Positions 30,686 to 41,261 of a DNA stretch of 64,000 nt are shown piece by piece; the stretch's first letter is position 1; each line of letters opens with the position of its first letter. The stretch is from an uncultured Spirochaetota bacterium. GTDB lineage: Bacteria; Spirochaetota; Brevinematia; Brevinematales; JAOACQ01. Made by a program: the position numbers and the translations under genes. The stretch is taken from NCBI GenBank assembly GCA_963783575.1, contig CAWAOD010000014.1, positions 224,001 through 288,000 on the forward strand, in the 5' to 3' direction. The notes beneath the pieces were generated by a model. That model was not told the origin of the DNA, ran no database searches, and saw only the letters and a program-made list of their open reading frames with translations.

Positions 30686-32212
30686 TTATTTATTCTTTGG
30701 CTGATAAAGGATTTTGTCAATAAAGTGTATCGAATAATCCACTTCGGTTCTGAAATATTCTTTCTTTTCCTGATTTAATAAATGCTTGCTGTACCTGCTT
30801 TCGTTAAAAATAGTGCCCATATCGTTCAAATTTTTTTCCAATTCCGGTATCTTAATGATTATTAAATCAAGGTATTCTTTCGGTCCATAATAATAGTAAT
30901 AAGGCTGGATTTTACGGCTGGCCGCTTCGATAAACCTGATGAATTCCCTGATTATCAATTGAATTTCCTCCATTTTTTCCTCAGATATCTTCTTATAAGA
31001 ACCAAAAAAAGATAAAAAATGTTTTTCAAGTTTTGATTTCTTTCTTTCTTTTTTATCTTTCTTATTTAATAGAATCATTAATATCAGTTCACGCAGGTTG
31101 ATATAAAACTCATTGCAGAAATCAAACAGCCATTTTAACCTGAAATACCGGTTAATAAAAAATTGGATAACCGGATTCTTTTTTTTATAATAGAATATTT
31201 TGAACAATATCCATCCGATGATTCCGAGAATCAGGTAGATAGAGCAGAAACAGGCCAAAATCAATAGAATATAGTAGAAATAAATAAATATGTTATGAAT
31301 CCATGGTAATGAGATGTTCTGCACAATTGAAGGGGGATTATTAATTATTGCCGGAAGCAGGTTTTCATTCTCCAGGGGAATATTCATACCTGAGAATAAT
31401 TTCCCTATCCGTTCAGATAAATATTTTAAATTAATGATTGTAAAATTCCAGGGTATTATGATTGGAATAATTGCGATGATTCCAATAAGTATAAAAATCA
31501 TGCGGTTCCAGTTGGCAAGTAAATTCTGCTTTATTAAAAGGCCGTTCATTCTCCATTTTATATATGAAATCAACTGGTATATTATAAGGTATATCCCGGT
31601 ACCGCTTATAAAGAAAAATATGAAATAAATCGACACAACCAATTTTGAAGAAGGGTTTTTTAAAATGGTAATAAATGACAATGAAAGTAAAAATATAGAA
31701 TAATTAAATAAAACACCTGTTATCCTTTTGATTTCGACTATTTTAGGGCTGTCTCCAACCTTAACAGCTAAATGATGTGAAATTTCATCATCGGAAGTAA
31801 AAATATTTTCTTTTTTCATTAAATTATATATGGAATTAAATTGGATACTCAAATCTTCTGCTATAAAAATCTGGACAGCGGCAATAATAAATGCCAAAAC
31901 TGCCAGGTATTTATCGGCAATTGTTTGAAAAGAACCTCCGCTTAGATTAATTGAAACATATTTAGCGGCAAAAATTATAACCTGCGGAAGAATTATTGAT
32001 ACTAAAAGTTTAAAAATAAAATTTATCTTTTTTTGAATCTGGATAAAAGCGATAATAAATCCGGTAACGGCTATTAAATAATTCAGCCAGAAAATTGTAT
32101 TGCCGCTGCCGGAAAAAATTAAGATTGTTAAGGAAAAGTAAATAATCCCGGATATGGAAGATACAATAATCCCAAGAAATATTTTGTAAAAGAGCCTGCT
32201 TTGTTCAATCAT
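30686..32212 (-). CDS. Polytopic membrane protein with C-terminal DUF4129-like domain
   Basis: Many TM helices; C-terminal IFNESRYS resembles DUF4129; third gene of a MoxR-DUF58 operon. Confidence 0.6.
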   Translation of the reverse strand: MIEQSRLFYKIFLGIIVSSISGIIYFSLTILIFSGSGNTIFWLNYLIAVTGFIIAFIQIQKKINFIFKLLVSIILPQVIIFAAKYVSINLSGGSFQTIADKYLAVLAFIIAAVQIFIAEDLSIQFNSIYNLMKKENIFTSDDEISHHLAVKVGDSPKIVEIKRITGVLFNYSIFLLSLSFITILKNPSSKLVVSIYFIFFFISGTGIYLIIYQLISYIKWRMNGLLIKQNLLANWNRMIFILIGIIAIIPIIIPWNFTIINLKYLSERIGKLFSGMNIPLENENLLPAIINNPPSIVQNISLPWIHNIFIYFYYILLILACFCSIYLILGIIGWILFKIFYYKKKNPVIQFFINRYFRLKWLFDFCNEFYINLRELILMILLNKKDKKERKKSKLEKHFLSFFGSYKKISEEKMEEIQLIIREFIRFIEAASRKIQPYYYYYGPKEYLDLIIIKIPELEKNLNDMGTIFNESRYSKHLLNQEKKEYFRTEVDYSIHFIDKILYQPKNK

Positions 32213-32218
32213 ATTTAT

Positions 32219-33400
32219 TTATATCCTTAAAAAATTCACAAAACCATTTCTAATCTCAGCAAAAAAACACTGGAATCCGATGTTCCAGAGACTCAATTTT
32301 CTGTTGATTGCAGGACCAATATTAACAATTGTAATTATAAAACCTTTTTCCCTTAAATATATAAGTTTTGACAATGATTCATCATCCAGATCGGGCGTAA
32401 ATATAAAGAGATTCATACCCCAGGTCAGATCGAGCATACACCTGTCCAGAACCTCTTTTAATACGATGTTTTTGTTTGCTTCAATAACGGCAAGATCGGA
32501 TAAAATTGCCATAAGATGCCTCCCTCTCCGGCCTGTATTATGATAAAGTATGGTATCGGAGTCATTCATCCTGCAATTTGATATCAGGCCAATGTCCTGC
32601 TTCAAATTATAAAAATTTCTAAGTACGGAAGTTATTATCTCAATAGCCCTATCTATGTGATATTCCATTTTTCTTATATTGTAATCATCTTCAAACAAAT
32701 TTAATATCAGCAGATTTCCTGAAGAAACCGTTTGCTGGTAGTGATTGACAATAATTCTGTTGTGTTTAGCGGAAAGTTTCCAGTTGATTTTTTTTACCTC
32801 ATCCCCGAATTGGTAGTCATGGAAGCCTTTAATGACCGAAGGATCTTCAAACAAAGGCATGTAATTTTTTATCAAACCCAGAGGCTGTAAACTTCTGATC
32901 GGCATATTGATAACCGGGAATGAATCAGGATAAACAATAACATCTTTAACAGTGTTTACTTCATAATTTTTTGAGAAAAGTCCGATTAAATCGGTAAAAT
33001 ATAATTCAGATGGGCCGATTAAATATTTCCCCCTTTTTCTACCCCGAACCGGTAATTTTATATTTTCTATGCCTTTTTTTGTGAATGAAACAATATAAGC
33101 GGGCTGATGGGTAACTGTTAAATTAAGATCAAGACGGTCTTTAATCTCAATAGCATGAATGGGAATAATCATTTTATTATCAACCGATAATGTGATTTCC
33201 TCATTAATTCCAATAAACACGGCTGCTTCTTCGGTATCTCTACCGAGATATAAATATTTCCTGATAAACCTCACATACAGGTAGTTCAAAATTATCAATA
33301 TTAAAATTCCATAAACGGCTAATTTTAATCCCGGAAAATTGATAAATATGAAATTTATTAATATTAGTATGGCTAAAATAATCAGTTTAGCAGATCTCAT
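32219..33400 (-). CDS. DUF58 domain protein
   Basis: RGKYLIGP, VIVYP and YQFGDEVKKINWKLSAK motifs. Confidence 0.88.
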   Translation of the reverse strand: MRSAKLIILAILILINFIFINFPGLKLAVYGILILIILNYLYVRFIRKYLYLGRDTEEAAVFIGINEEITLSVDNKMIIPIHAIEIKDRLDLNLTVTHQPAYIVSFTKKGIENIKLPVRGRKRGKYLIGPSELYFTDLIGLFSKNYEVNTVKDVIVYPDSFPVINMPIRSLQPLGLIKNYMPLFEDPSVIKGFHDYQFGDEVKKINWKLSAKHNRIIVNHYQQTVSSGNLLILNLFEDDYNIRKMEYHIDRAIEIITSVLRNFYNLKQDIGLISNCRMNDSDTILYHNTGRRGRHLMAILSDLAVIEANKNIVLKEVLDRCMLDLTWGMNLFIFTPDLDDESLSKLIYLREKGFIITIVNIGPAINRKLSLWNIGFQCFFAEIRNGFVNFLRI

Positions 33401-33432
33401 TTATTGTATCCTAATTTGTTTCGGCATGCTTG

Positions 33433-34379
33433 TTAAACCTGAATCGGTACGGCAATGTTTGTCAGAATTTTTTCAATGATATTCTCCGGCCTTACATTTT
33501 TCAGCTTTGTTTCCGACCGGATGATTATTCTGTGTTTGAGTATATCCGCGGCGAGAGATTTTATATCTTCGGGAATTACATAATCCCTGCCGTTTATTGC
33601 CGCATTTGCCTGGGCCGCTTTATACAATGCAATGCTTCCTCGTGGAGAGGCTCCAGCAGAATCCCCGGATCATTACGGGTTGCTGCTGTTATTTTAATTA
33701 TATATTCCCTTAATGAATTTTCAACATGAACCTTTGGGATCATAAATTGAATATTCATAATCTTATTGATATCCAATACTGGCAAAATTGTATTTATAGG
33801 ATGGGACTGGTTCTGCATTAAAATTATCTCTTCCTCTTCCTTATTATCGGGATAACCGATTGTAAGACTGACAAAAAATCGGTCAAGCTGTGCTTCGGGA
33901 AGTGGAAAAGTCCCTTCAAACTCAATCGGATTTTCAGTGGCAATTACAAAAAAAAGTTTAGAAAGGGCAAGTGTAATTCCTTCAACTGAAATCTGGTTTT
34001 CTCCCATGGCTTCCAGCATTGCGGATTGGGTTTTTGGCGTTGTGCGGTTTATTTCATCAACTAGAATAATTTCGGAAAAAAGAGGTCCTTTTCTAAATTC
34101 AAATTTTTTAGTATCGGAATTATAGATTGAAAATCCTATTATGTCCGCTGGAAGCAAATCGGGTGTTCCCTGAACTCTTTTAAAAGATGCGTCAATCGAT
34201 TTTGCTATGGCTCTGGCAAGCATTGTTTTGCCAAGGCCGGGTACATCATCTAGAAGAACATGACCTTTGCAAAAAAGAGCAATAAGAGCTTTTTCTATAA
34301 TGTTCCTTTTACCTATAATCACTTTCTCAATGTTTGCCGTCAATTTTGCAGAATAAAGCTGAATTTCCTCAAATTCCAT
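33433..34379 (-). CDS. MoxR-family AAA+ ATPase, split by an apparent 1-nt deletion at 33653-33654
   Basis: DVPGLGKT, DLLPADI, DEINR and LPEAQLDRF motifs. One extra G restores the conserved LGASPRGS and continues into GRDYVIPED..LKHRI. Confidence 0.9.
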
Positions 34380-34537
34380 AATTGCTCCTTACTCAAAACT
34401 TTTGACATTACTCAAATTTTAATATACGGTAGAAGTTGGTTTAATGATTTGTTTTTTTGTTATTTTTGACAATATAATAAAATATGATAAAATGTAAGTC
34501 AAAGATTTGGCATTCAGGAGTTCTGGGAAGGATATTT

Positions 34538-37500
34538 TTGAAAAAAATCATTTTATCCCTCGTATTGGCTTTTATTTCCGGACAGGCTATTGCAGAATCG
34601 AACACAATTAATACTCTTCAAACCAATAAGTTAGAAATCACATTGCAAACAAATCAAACCGGTTCAAACCCAATCGGGGATCTTGACATCAGCCGTAAAG
34701 TGCATCCAATGCTTTATAATTTTATAACAAATACAAGGGTTATAACTAATTTTACTGTCGAGAATGGTATTACGAATTATTTTATTACCAATACCAATAT
34801 TATTTTTATTTTTTACGACCCGTTCATGCCAGTTATAGATATTAATTCGAAAGACGACTTGAAGATTGCTATAGAAAATATGCTTTTTCCAATGGATGAA
34901 ATAATGTTTCAATATCCCGAAACAAAGAATCAAAAAAAAAGACGCTTATCCACTGGAATTAAATTGCTATCGGAAGATGAAATGAATCGGTTTTCGGAAA
35001 ACGCATTTATAAAATATTTGTACAGAAAAACAACTGGAAATCTTGAATTTTCACCTGAAGAGAAAAAACATTTTAATATGGGATTCGAACAATGGGAGAC
35101 CAAAATTATTGTCAGCGGCTGGGTTACTTTAAGCGCAGGTTACGGATCGGTATTCAAGGACGAAGCTTATCAGCAGGCATTACCTGGAATATTCCAGGGG
35201 TTTGATCTAAATCAAACAATGAGAGTTAATGTGGTAGGAAAAATAGGCGATAGAATACAGGTGAACATTAATCATAGTTCCGACAGCCCGGATAATGAGT
35301 ATGAGATAGCTTACAAGGCGCTTCCAACAGACACCGGCATACTTAAAGAACTCAGGGCTGGTAATATATCCCTGAATATACCTCAATCAAGCTATTTCGT
35401 AAAATATGAAGGGACTACCAAAGACAGTTATGGATTGAAGGCAGTCTTTGGCGTTGGGGATGTTGAAGTTCAGACTGTGCTTAACCTGACTCAAAACCAG
35501 AAGGGATATAAAAAATATGTGGGCACAAGACAGCTGGTACAAAGCATTATTCCTGATATAAACTATGTAAAAAGGAAATATTTTTTACTGCCAGATAAAT
35601 CAATAGATAATGGTACCATAGAATTACTGATTTCGACCAATTATTCATATAGCAGGCTTGTAGATGGACAGCCTTATCGTATTATGGTAGAAAGTATCGA
35701 TTATTTTGTTAATAATTCAACAGGAGAATTGACTTTAATTAACAATCTGGATAGAAATAGCAGCCTTATAGTTAGATATACCAGCGGCGGAACATTATTT
35801 ACAACAGATTATAACAGTACAGTTGGTACAGACGATAAAGGCGGCAAATACTTATATCTTTGGCAGCCTACAAAAAACTTTTCACCATACTTACATAATG
35901 GTTATTATAATATAGGATATAGAAATTTCGATCCTACAAGGGGTTTTTCTCTATCTGTAGTTTATTCATCGGATAAATCAAAACTAGCACCATTCCAGTT
36001 CATGCCATCCGATTATGTATTAAGCCCGATAAATGGTACCATAAAATTCAATAATCCTGAACCCTTTCCCGACAGTCTTGGACGGATCTATACCAATGCA
36101 ACCGATCCTGTTGATTCCGATTCACAGTATACGATGATAATTAATTTTTATAACCAGGTTGCCTCATACCAGCTTGATTATGGAATAATAGCTGGAACAG
36201 AAAGGATTTATGTGAATGGAAGGCTTCTTAATACAAGTGAATATACAATTGTGTATTCCATCGGGGAATTATATTTTAATAATTCATCATTAATCAACGA
36301 TAATGATGTAATTGAGATTTATTATGAATATAAACCGTTCTGGAGCGGTTCACAAAAGCTTGGAGTGGCAACTCGTATTGATTGGAAACCTTCCAAAATA
36401 TTTAATCTTGGGAGTACAATAGTTTACAACATTTCACAGAGGGATCCGGGTGCTCCAAATATTACTGCAACTCCTGACGGTGTATTTCTTTCGGATATTG
36501 ATGGTATTCTGGATGTTGCCAGGCTGCTAAACCTTTCTGAAGATATCAATTTAACCCTTAAAGCTGAATTTGCCCTGTCGGTTTTTAATCCTAATACTAT
36601 AGGTTATGCCATAATTGACGACTTTGAAAATGCCGGTGATTCATTCAGTGTTTCTAAAATTGAAAATAAATGGATTTTGTGCGCTCCTACAATGTCAATC
36701 AGTAATATTACATACACCAATCGCGGAAATCTACTTTATAAAGACTATCGATATTATAACCTGGATGGAAGTTTTTCGCTCATGAATGATTCAACCCCGC
36801 TAACGCCGGATAAGATGTTGGATTATTCTTTTAAACCGGGGCCGTATGTCGCATTTGGCGGTCATCTGGATCCTTCACAATATCCTAATATTGATCAATC
36901 ATCTTTGATATTTGACTATGATTTCAGACAGGGCGGAAATTGGGTTGGAGCTGCCCTCAGTCTGGCGGGTTCAGCCGGAGTTGATTTAAGCGAATATAAT
37001 CAAATAACATTCTGGGCTAAACTTCAGAGTGACCCGAATGGAGATAATAATTTTGAGGACAATCAAAATACAAGTGTTGATTTATATTTAGCTGCAGGGC
37101 AATTGAATGAGGATAGCGACGGTGATGGCATTCTTGAGCACGAATTGGACAGTGCACAGGCAGGATATGATTTTCATGATTATATAAATCCGAATATTGT
37201 AGTAACACATGTCGGCAGAGGGCGGCAGGGCGGAGGAGACGGTTTTGTTCAGACAGAGGATTTAAACGGTAATGGAATGCTGGATACAAATGAGAATGTC
37301 GTGATTTTTCCTTCACCCGGTTATACCGATTTAAGTAATGCTACTGTCAGCGAGGGGAGCTGGCAGAAATTTACAATAAATATAAGCTCGCTTAATTCAA
37401 CACAGGTTTCAAATCTTCAGCATGTTTCAGATCTTGGTTTATATATTGTAAAAAGAAATGGAGTTAAAGGCCGGGTTCTTATCGATTCCATCAGTTTTAA

Positions 37501-40309
37501 TAAAGTAAGCTGGAGTGATAAAATTATTGACGGCATTCTTGCTGATGAATCAACTGCCATTGAAGGCGACAGCGTTTCAGTATTTAACAATCCGGAATAT
37601 GCTGCTAACCGCTTTTATAATCCTCAGTCAAGTGATTCAAATACACAGGATAGATCAAGGATTTTTGAAAAACTTCATGGACCGAAAACCATTTCCGAGG
37701 CTAACCAATACAATGAGAAATCTCTTGAGATTGTCTACCATCTTTCCAATGCGACTATTAATACAAATATTTTACCTATTTCAGGCGGGACAACTGGTGT
37801 ACTTATTAAAAGATATTCTTTTTCAATCGATATTTCAAAATATAAGTATCTAAATTATTATATTTATATTCCCGATAAGGATGAAACAGGAGCAGCTATC
37901 AAATTACCGGGAGATACTTATACAAATGAAAACCTGGTATTTATTCTTGGAAACTCAGTTAATAGTTATTATAAATGGAAATTGCCTCTTAATTATATCG
38001 ATAAGAATGCATGGCATAATATCCAGATTAATATTTACGATCAACTCAAACAATTGATAGATAACCAAACAATTGACGGCTATGATAAACCAATTTCGAC
38101 AGGGTTTCCAAATGTTCAGGATATTAATTATATTGAGATTGGGGTAGAGACCTCTTCTACAAATGAACCGGTCAATAATGGTGTTATCTGGGTTAATGAG
38201 ATGTATGTATCTTCTGATATAAGCAGCATAGGGACCGCGTATTATATCAATCCTTCATTTGAATACAAAAAGCCGATTTGTAGCATAAATTCATTTGAAA
38301 TACTCGGACCTCTGTCTTTGAATTTTACATACGAAAACAGGGATTTTAATTTTATACCATCTGAAGGAAGTAAAATCGGAACTTATAATAATAATTATGA
38401 TTTCAGTTATTCTTCACGATTATTCAAAAACATCAATTATAGTTTTTCAATTAATGAAAACAAACAGGGAACCTCCACAAATGAGCTTGATATGCCGGAA
38501 TACCTTCAATGGAACGATCAGGTGGATGTTTTTAATTTTCTAGTTTCATACCTTTCAAAAGAATATATACCTTCTGTTAATCACTCTTTTACAGAAAGTT
38601 TTGAGACAAAACTGGCCAGAAATTTAATCAGCTCAGATAGCAATGACTATATAATGGATATTCAGAATGAGCAGTACAGTAGTTCTGCAAAGATTAGTTT
38701 AAATGAATTTATTCCTGTTGTTAATGGTTTTTCTATGAATCCCAGATTTAGTTTTGAAGATTCGTATTATATTATAGACCAGTCAAATTATACAAACGAT
38801 CAGGATCAATTTTACCTTACCAATGATTCAATATTCGGTATGAAAGATTTAAAAAAGTCGTTAACCGCCGGCGTCGGATTTTCTGTCTGGGTTTTTAATT
38901 TAAACGGTGATTTTCTGCAGTCTATAGAAAAATATTCGATGATAAATGATTTTGATGGATACCGCTCTGACATTGACAATCAAAAGAAATTACTGATAAA
39001 TGACCGCTACAGCCAGAGGCTTGAGGGAATTTCTCAGGGGTTTTATTTTCCGGATGAACCTTATGATAAAGGCAATTCGGATTCATATAACATTTCATTT
39101 AGCGGCGATAGACCGATTCCATACTTCAGTTTCTGGCTTAATGACAGGATCGGAAGAGAAGCTACGGCTTTCAGTTATGATTATAATTCTCAGAACCTGC
39201 TTTCAAAATCCGAAAAATATGGATTGGGATGTGATTATAAACTCAATTTATATCCCAAGGAGTTTTTGTTATTGGATTCGATACAGCTAAGGATGAATAG
39301 GGCCATTGATATGAATTATCAAACCATGAACTCAAATATATACTACACAAATGTTTTACCGAAATACGGTGAAATATATTATAACCAACCCGGTAATTAT
39401 TCGGCTTTTTTTAATGGAAACGCCGGTAGGACAAATAGTTTGAATCTTGTTACATATTTTTCAGAAGCCGGATACAACAGCAGTGTAAATTTCTCGGATA
39501 CAATCGGTATCGATTTAATGATGTCTGATATAAAGAATTTTCTCAGGAATTTCATACCAAACCGTTATAATTTTTCGACTACGCTTGTAACCTCCAGAAA
39601 TCTTAGTTCATATGGTCAGAGACTGGATAATTTATTTGGAACATCATTACCGTTAAGACTTTCAGAGTGGAAAATACCATTTATTAAGCAGGATAGTGAC
39701 TTCAGGATTGGCGATATTCAGCTTGGATTTAATTTTGAAAATATTGCAGATTATAATGTTAGAAAAACGACAGATATTATATCTGGCAATGCTAACGAAA
39801 CACTTCAGATTAACCGGTATATCAATCTTGTTTTATTTTATCAGCTTGATTATAGCGGAGAGAGCAATATTACTACTTCCGAGCCGTTTGAAGCCCAATA
39901 CGGCTTTCCTGCGCAACCTCCAAATACTTCAGCTATGACAAAATACAGCCATACAGGCAGGATAAATTTTAATTGGATGATTGATAATATCAAAGATTTG
40001 AATTTAATATTATTCAAGATAAATTTAAGAGGATCTACAGTTAATAATAAAGAAGGTGTTTCTATAACCGGCGACTCAATAGATTATGATGGAAATAATT
40101 TTACTCCATACAGCCAGAAGATATTCGAAATAACTATTGATCACCAAACACAGCTGGCATTATCAGATTATGTAACTGGAAATCTGGATCTTAAATGTTT
40201 GATAAATCAATATGCTGATGTAGCTCCGATAGACAGCGGAAAGCAAATAACCTATTTTCAACCAGGTTTTGGGTTTCAGACTTCAATTGATGTAAGAATC
40301 AAATTTTGA
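34538..40309 (+). CDS. Giant outer-membrane beta-barrel protein, SprA/Sov-like
   Basis: TTG start after GGAAGGA and signal peptide KKIILSLVLAFISGQAIA. SprA-like blocks in order: FDLNQTMRVNVVGKIGDRIQVN, LKELRAGNISL, GTERIYVNGRLL..EYTIVYSIGEL, IIDDFE, TEDLNGNGMLD, GVIWVNEM. C-terminal beta-signal IDVRIKF. Confidence 0.72.
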   Translation: MKKIILSLVLAFISGQAIAESNTINTLQTNKLEITLQTNQTGSNPIGDLDISRKVHPMLYNFITNTRVITNFTVENGITNYFITNTNIIFIFYDPFMPVIDINSKDDLKIAIENMLFPMDEIMFQYPETKNQKKRRLSTGIKLLSEDEMNRFSENAFIKYLYRKTTGNLEFSPEEKKHFNMGFEQWETKIIVSGWVTLSAGYGSVFKDEAYQQALPGIFQGFDLNQTMRVNVVGKIGDRIQVNINHSSDSPDNEYEIAYKALPTDTGILKELRAGNISLNIPQSSYFVKYEGTTKDSYGLKAVFGVGDVEVQTVLNLTQNQKGYKKYVGTRQLVQSIIPDINYVKRKYFLLPDKSIDNGTIELLISTNYSYSRLVDGQPYRIMVESIDYFVNNSTGELTLINNLDRNSSLIVRYTSGGTLFTTDYNSTVGTDDKGGKYLYLWQPTKNFSPYLHNGYYNIGYRNFDPTRGFSLSVVYSSDKSKLAPFQFMPSDYVLSPINGTIKFNNPEPFPDSLGRIYTNATDPVDSDSQYTMIINFYNQVASYQLDYGIIAGTERIYVNGRLLNTSEYTIVYSIGELYFNNSSLINDNDVIEIYYEYKPFWSGSQKLGVATRIDWKPSKIFNLGSTIVYNISQRDPGAPNITATPDGVFLSDIDGILDVARLLNLSEDINLTLKAEFALSVFNPNTIGYAIIDDFENAGDSFSVSKIENKWILCAPTMSISNITYTNRGNLLYKDYRYYNLDGSFSLMNDSTPLTPDKMLDYSFKPGPYVAFGGHLDPSQYPNIDQSSLIFDYDFRQGGNWVGAALSLAGSAGVDLSEYNQITFWAKLQSDPNGDNNFEDNQNTSVDLYLAAGQLNEDSDGDGILEHELDSAQAGYDFHDYINPNIVVTHVGRGRQGGGDGFVQTEDLNGNGMLDTNENVVIFPSPGYTDLSNATVSEGSWQKFTINISSLNSTQVSNLQHVSDLGLYIVKRNGVKGRVLIDSISFNKVSWSDKIIDGILADESTAIEGDSVSVFNNPEYAANRFYNPQSSDSNTQDRSRIFEKLHGPKTISEANQYNEKSLEIVYHLSNATINTNILPISGGTTGVLIKRYSFSIDISKYKYLNYYIYIPDKDETGAAIKLPGDTYTNENLVFILGNSVNSYYKWKLPLNYIDKNAWHNIQINIYDQLKQLIDNQTIDGYDKPISTGFPNVQDINYIEIGVETSSTNEPVNNGVIWVNEMYVSSDISSIGTAYYINPSFEYKKPICSINSFEILGPLSLNFTYENRDFNFIPSEGSKIGTYNNNYDFSYSSRLFKNINYSFSINENKQGTSTNELDMPEYLQWNDQVDVFNFLVSYLSKEYIPSVNHSFTESFETKLARNLISSDSNDYIMDIQNEQYSSSAKISLNEFIPVVNGFSMNPRFSFEDSYYIIDQSNYTNDQDQFYLTNDSIFGMKDLKKSLTAGVGFSVWVFNLNGDFLQSIEKYSMINDFDGYRSDIDNQKKLLINDRYSQRLEGISQGFYFPDEPYDKGNSDSYNISFSGDRPIPYFSFWLNDRIGREATAFSYDYNSQNLLSKSEKYGLGCDYKLNLYPKEFLLLDSIQLRMNRAIDMNYQTMNSNIYYTNVLPKYGEIYYNQPGNYSAFFNGNAGRTNSLNLVTYFSEAGYNSSVNFSDTIGIDLMMSDIKNFLRNFIPNRYNFSTTLVTSRNLSSYGQRLDNLFGTSLPLRLSEWKIPFIKQDSDFRIGDIQLGFNFENIADYNVRKTTDIISGNANETLQINRYINLVLFYQLDYSGESNITTSEPFEAQYGFPAQPPNTSAMTKYSHTGRINFNWMIDNIKDLNLILFKINLRGSTVNNKEGVSITGDSIDYDGNNFTPYSQKIFEITIDHQTQLALSDYVTGNLDLKCLINQYADVAPIDSGKQITYFQPGFGFQTSIDVRIKF

Positions 40310-40467
40310 AGCATTCTTTTTGCCTCAGTTTTCAACATTTTATGAAGCTAATCCTGCGAGCTTATCCTTAATCTGAAAATGGTTTATGTTATTAATCACT
40401 TGATTAAAGAATCTTTAAAATTTATAATTATAAAGAATATCACTTCGGTAGTTTCAATACAGATTTT

Positions 40468-41055
40468 ATGTTTAATTTACAAATATATGATCGTAATATG
40501 TATCGTTTTATGATTTTGTTATATGTCTTTATTATTAGTTTTTATGCTGTTGACATTTCATTTTCACATAACTATGAATATGAGAAAAAAGTTAAATGGG
40601 GCATAGTAAATAGGGTTGTTGACGGTGATACTATTGCCGCTATAGTTGAAGGACAATATGAAAAGATACGTCTATTATTCATCGATGCTATGGAAAGCAG
40701 GAATAACCCAAAATTTAGGAGGGATCTGGATTATTATAAAGAAAATAATATAATGATTGAAAAGAAAGATCTTATAGAACTAGGAAAACAGGCGGCATAT
40801 TATTTAAGGTCACGGTTGCCGGCCGGATCTATAATTAAGCTGGAAATTATTGATGGCAAAGAAAGAGACAGATATAACCGTATTCTGGCTCTAATATACT
40901 ATAACAATATTAATATTAATCTTGAACTTGTGGCTAAAGGCTATGCTCGAACCTATTTTATCGGCTATACACCGGAAAAAGAAAAAGATGAATTTCTTAT
41001 AATTGAAAATGAAGCCCGTCATAAAAATCTGGGTATCTGGAGAGTATTGAAATAA
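40468..41055 (+). CDS. Thermonuclease (staphylococcal nuclease family)
   Basis: RVVDGDT, IRLLFIDAME, DRYNRILA and ARHKNLGIW motifs; N-terminal hydrophobic segment. Confidence 0.92.
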   Translation: MFNLQIYDRNMYRFMILLYVFIISFYAVDISFSHNYEYEKKVKWGIVNRVVDGDTIAAIVEGQYEKIRLLFIDAMESRNNPKFRRDLDYYKENNIMIEKKDLIELGKQAAYYLRSRLPAGSIIKLEIIDGKERDRYNRILALIYYNNININLELVAKGYARTYFIGYTPEKEKDEFLIIENEARHKNLGIWRVLK

Positions 41056-41057
41056 AA

Positions 41058-41192
41058 TCAGTCACTCAGTTTGCCAGTCAGTTAGTCAGTAAGTCTGCAA
41101 AAAGAAAGCAAATATTTATGTTATAAACTAATCAAGTAACAGACTAACTGACTAATTAACTAACCAACTAAAAAGGCAAACTAAACGACTAA
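41058..41192. repeat. Imperfect inverted repeat built of 4-nt periodic units
   Basis: Left arm TCAGTCACTCAGTTTGCCAGTCAGTTAGTCAGTAAGTCTG is largely complementary to right arm CAGACTAACTGACTAATTAACT...GGCAAACTAAACGACTAA. Confidence 0.7.
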
Positions 41193-41221
41193 TTGACAAA
41201 TTGTTATCTGTACGGTATATT
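41193..41221 (+). promoter_or_regulatory. Putative sigma70 promoter
   Basis: TTGACA-17 nt-TATATT. The ORF-track TTG start at 41193 is probably this -35 box. Confidence 0.5.
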
Positions 41222-41261
41222 CATGATTAATATTACAGCCAATTTGATAAGGGAGGTAATT

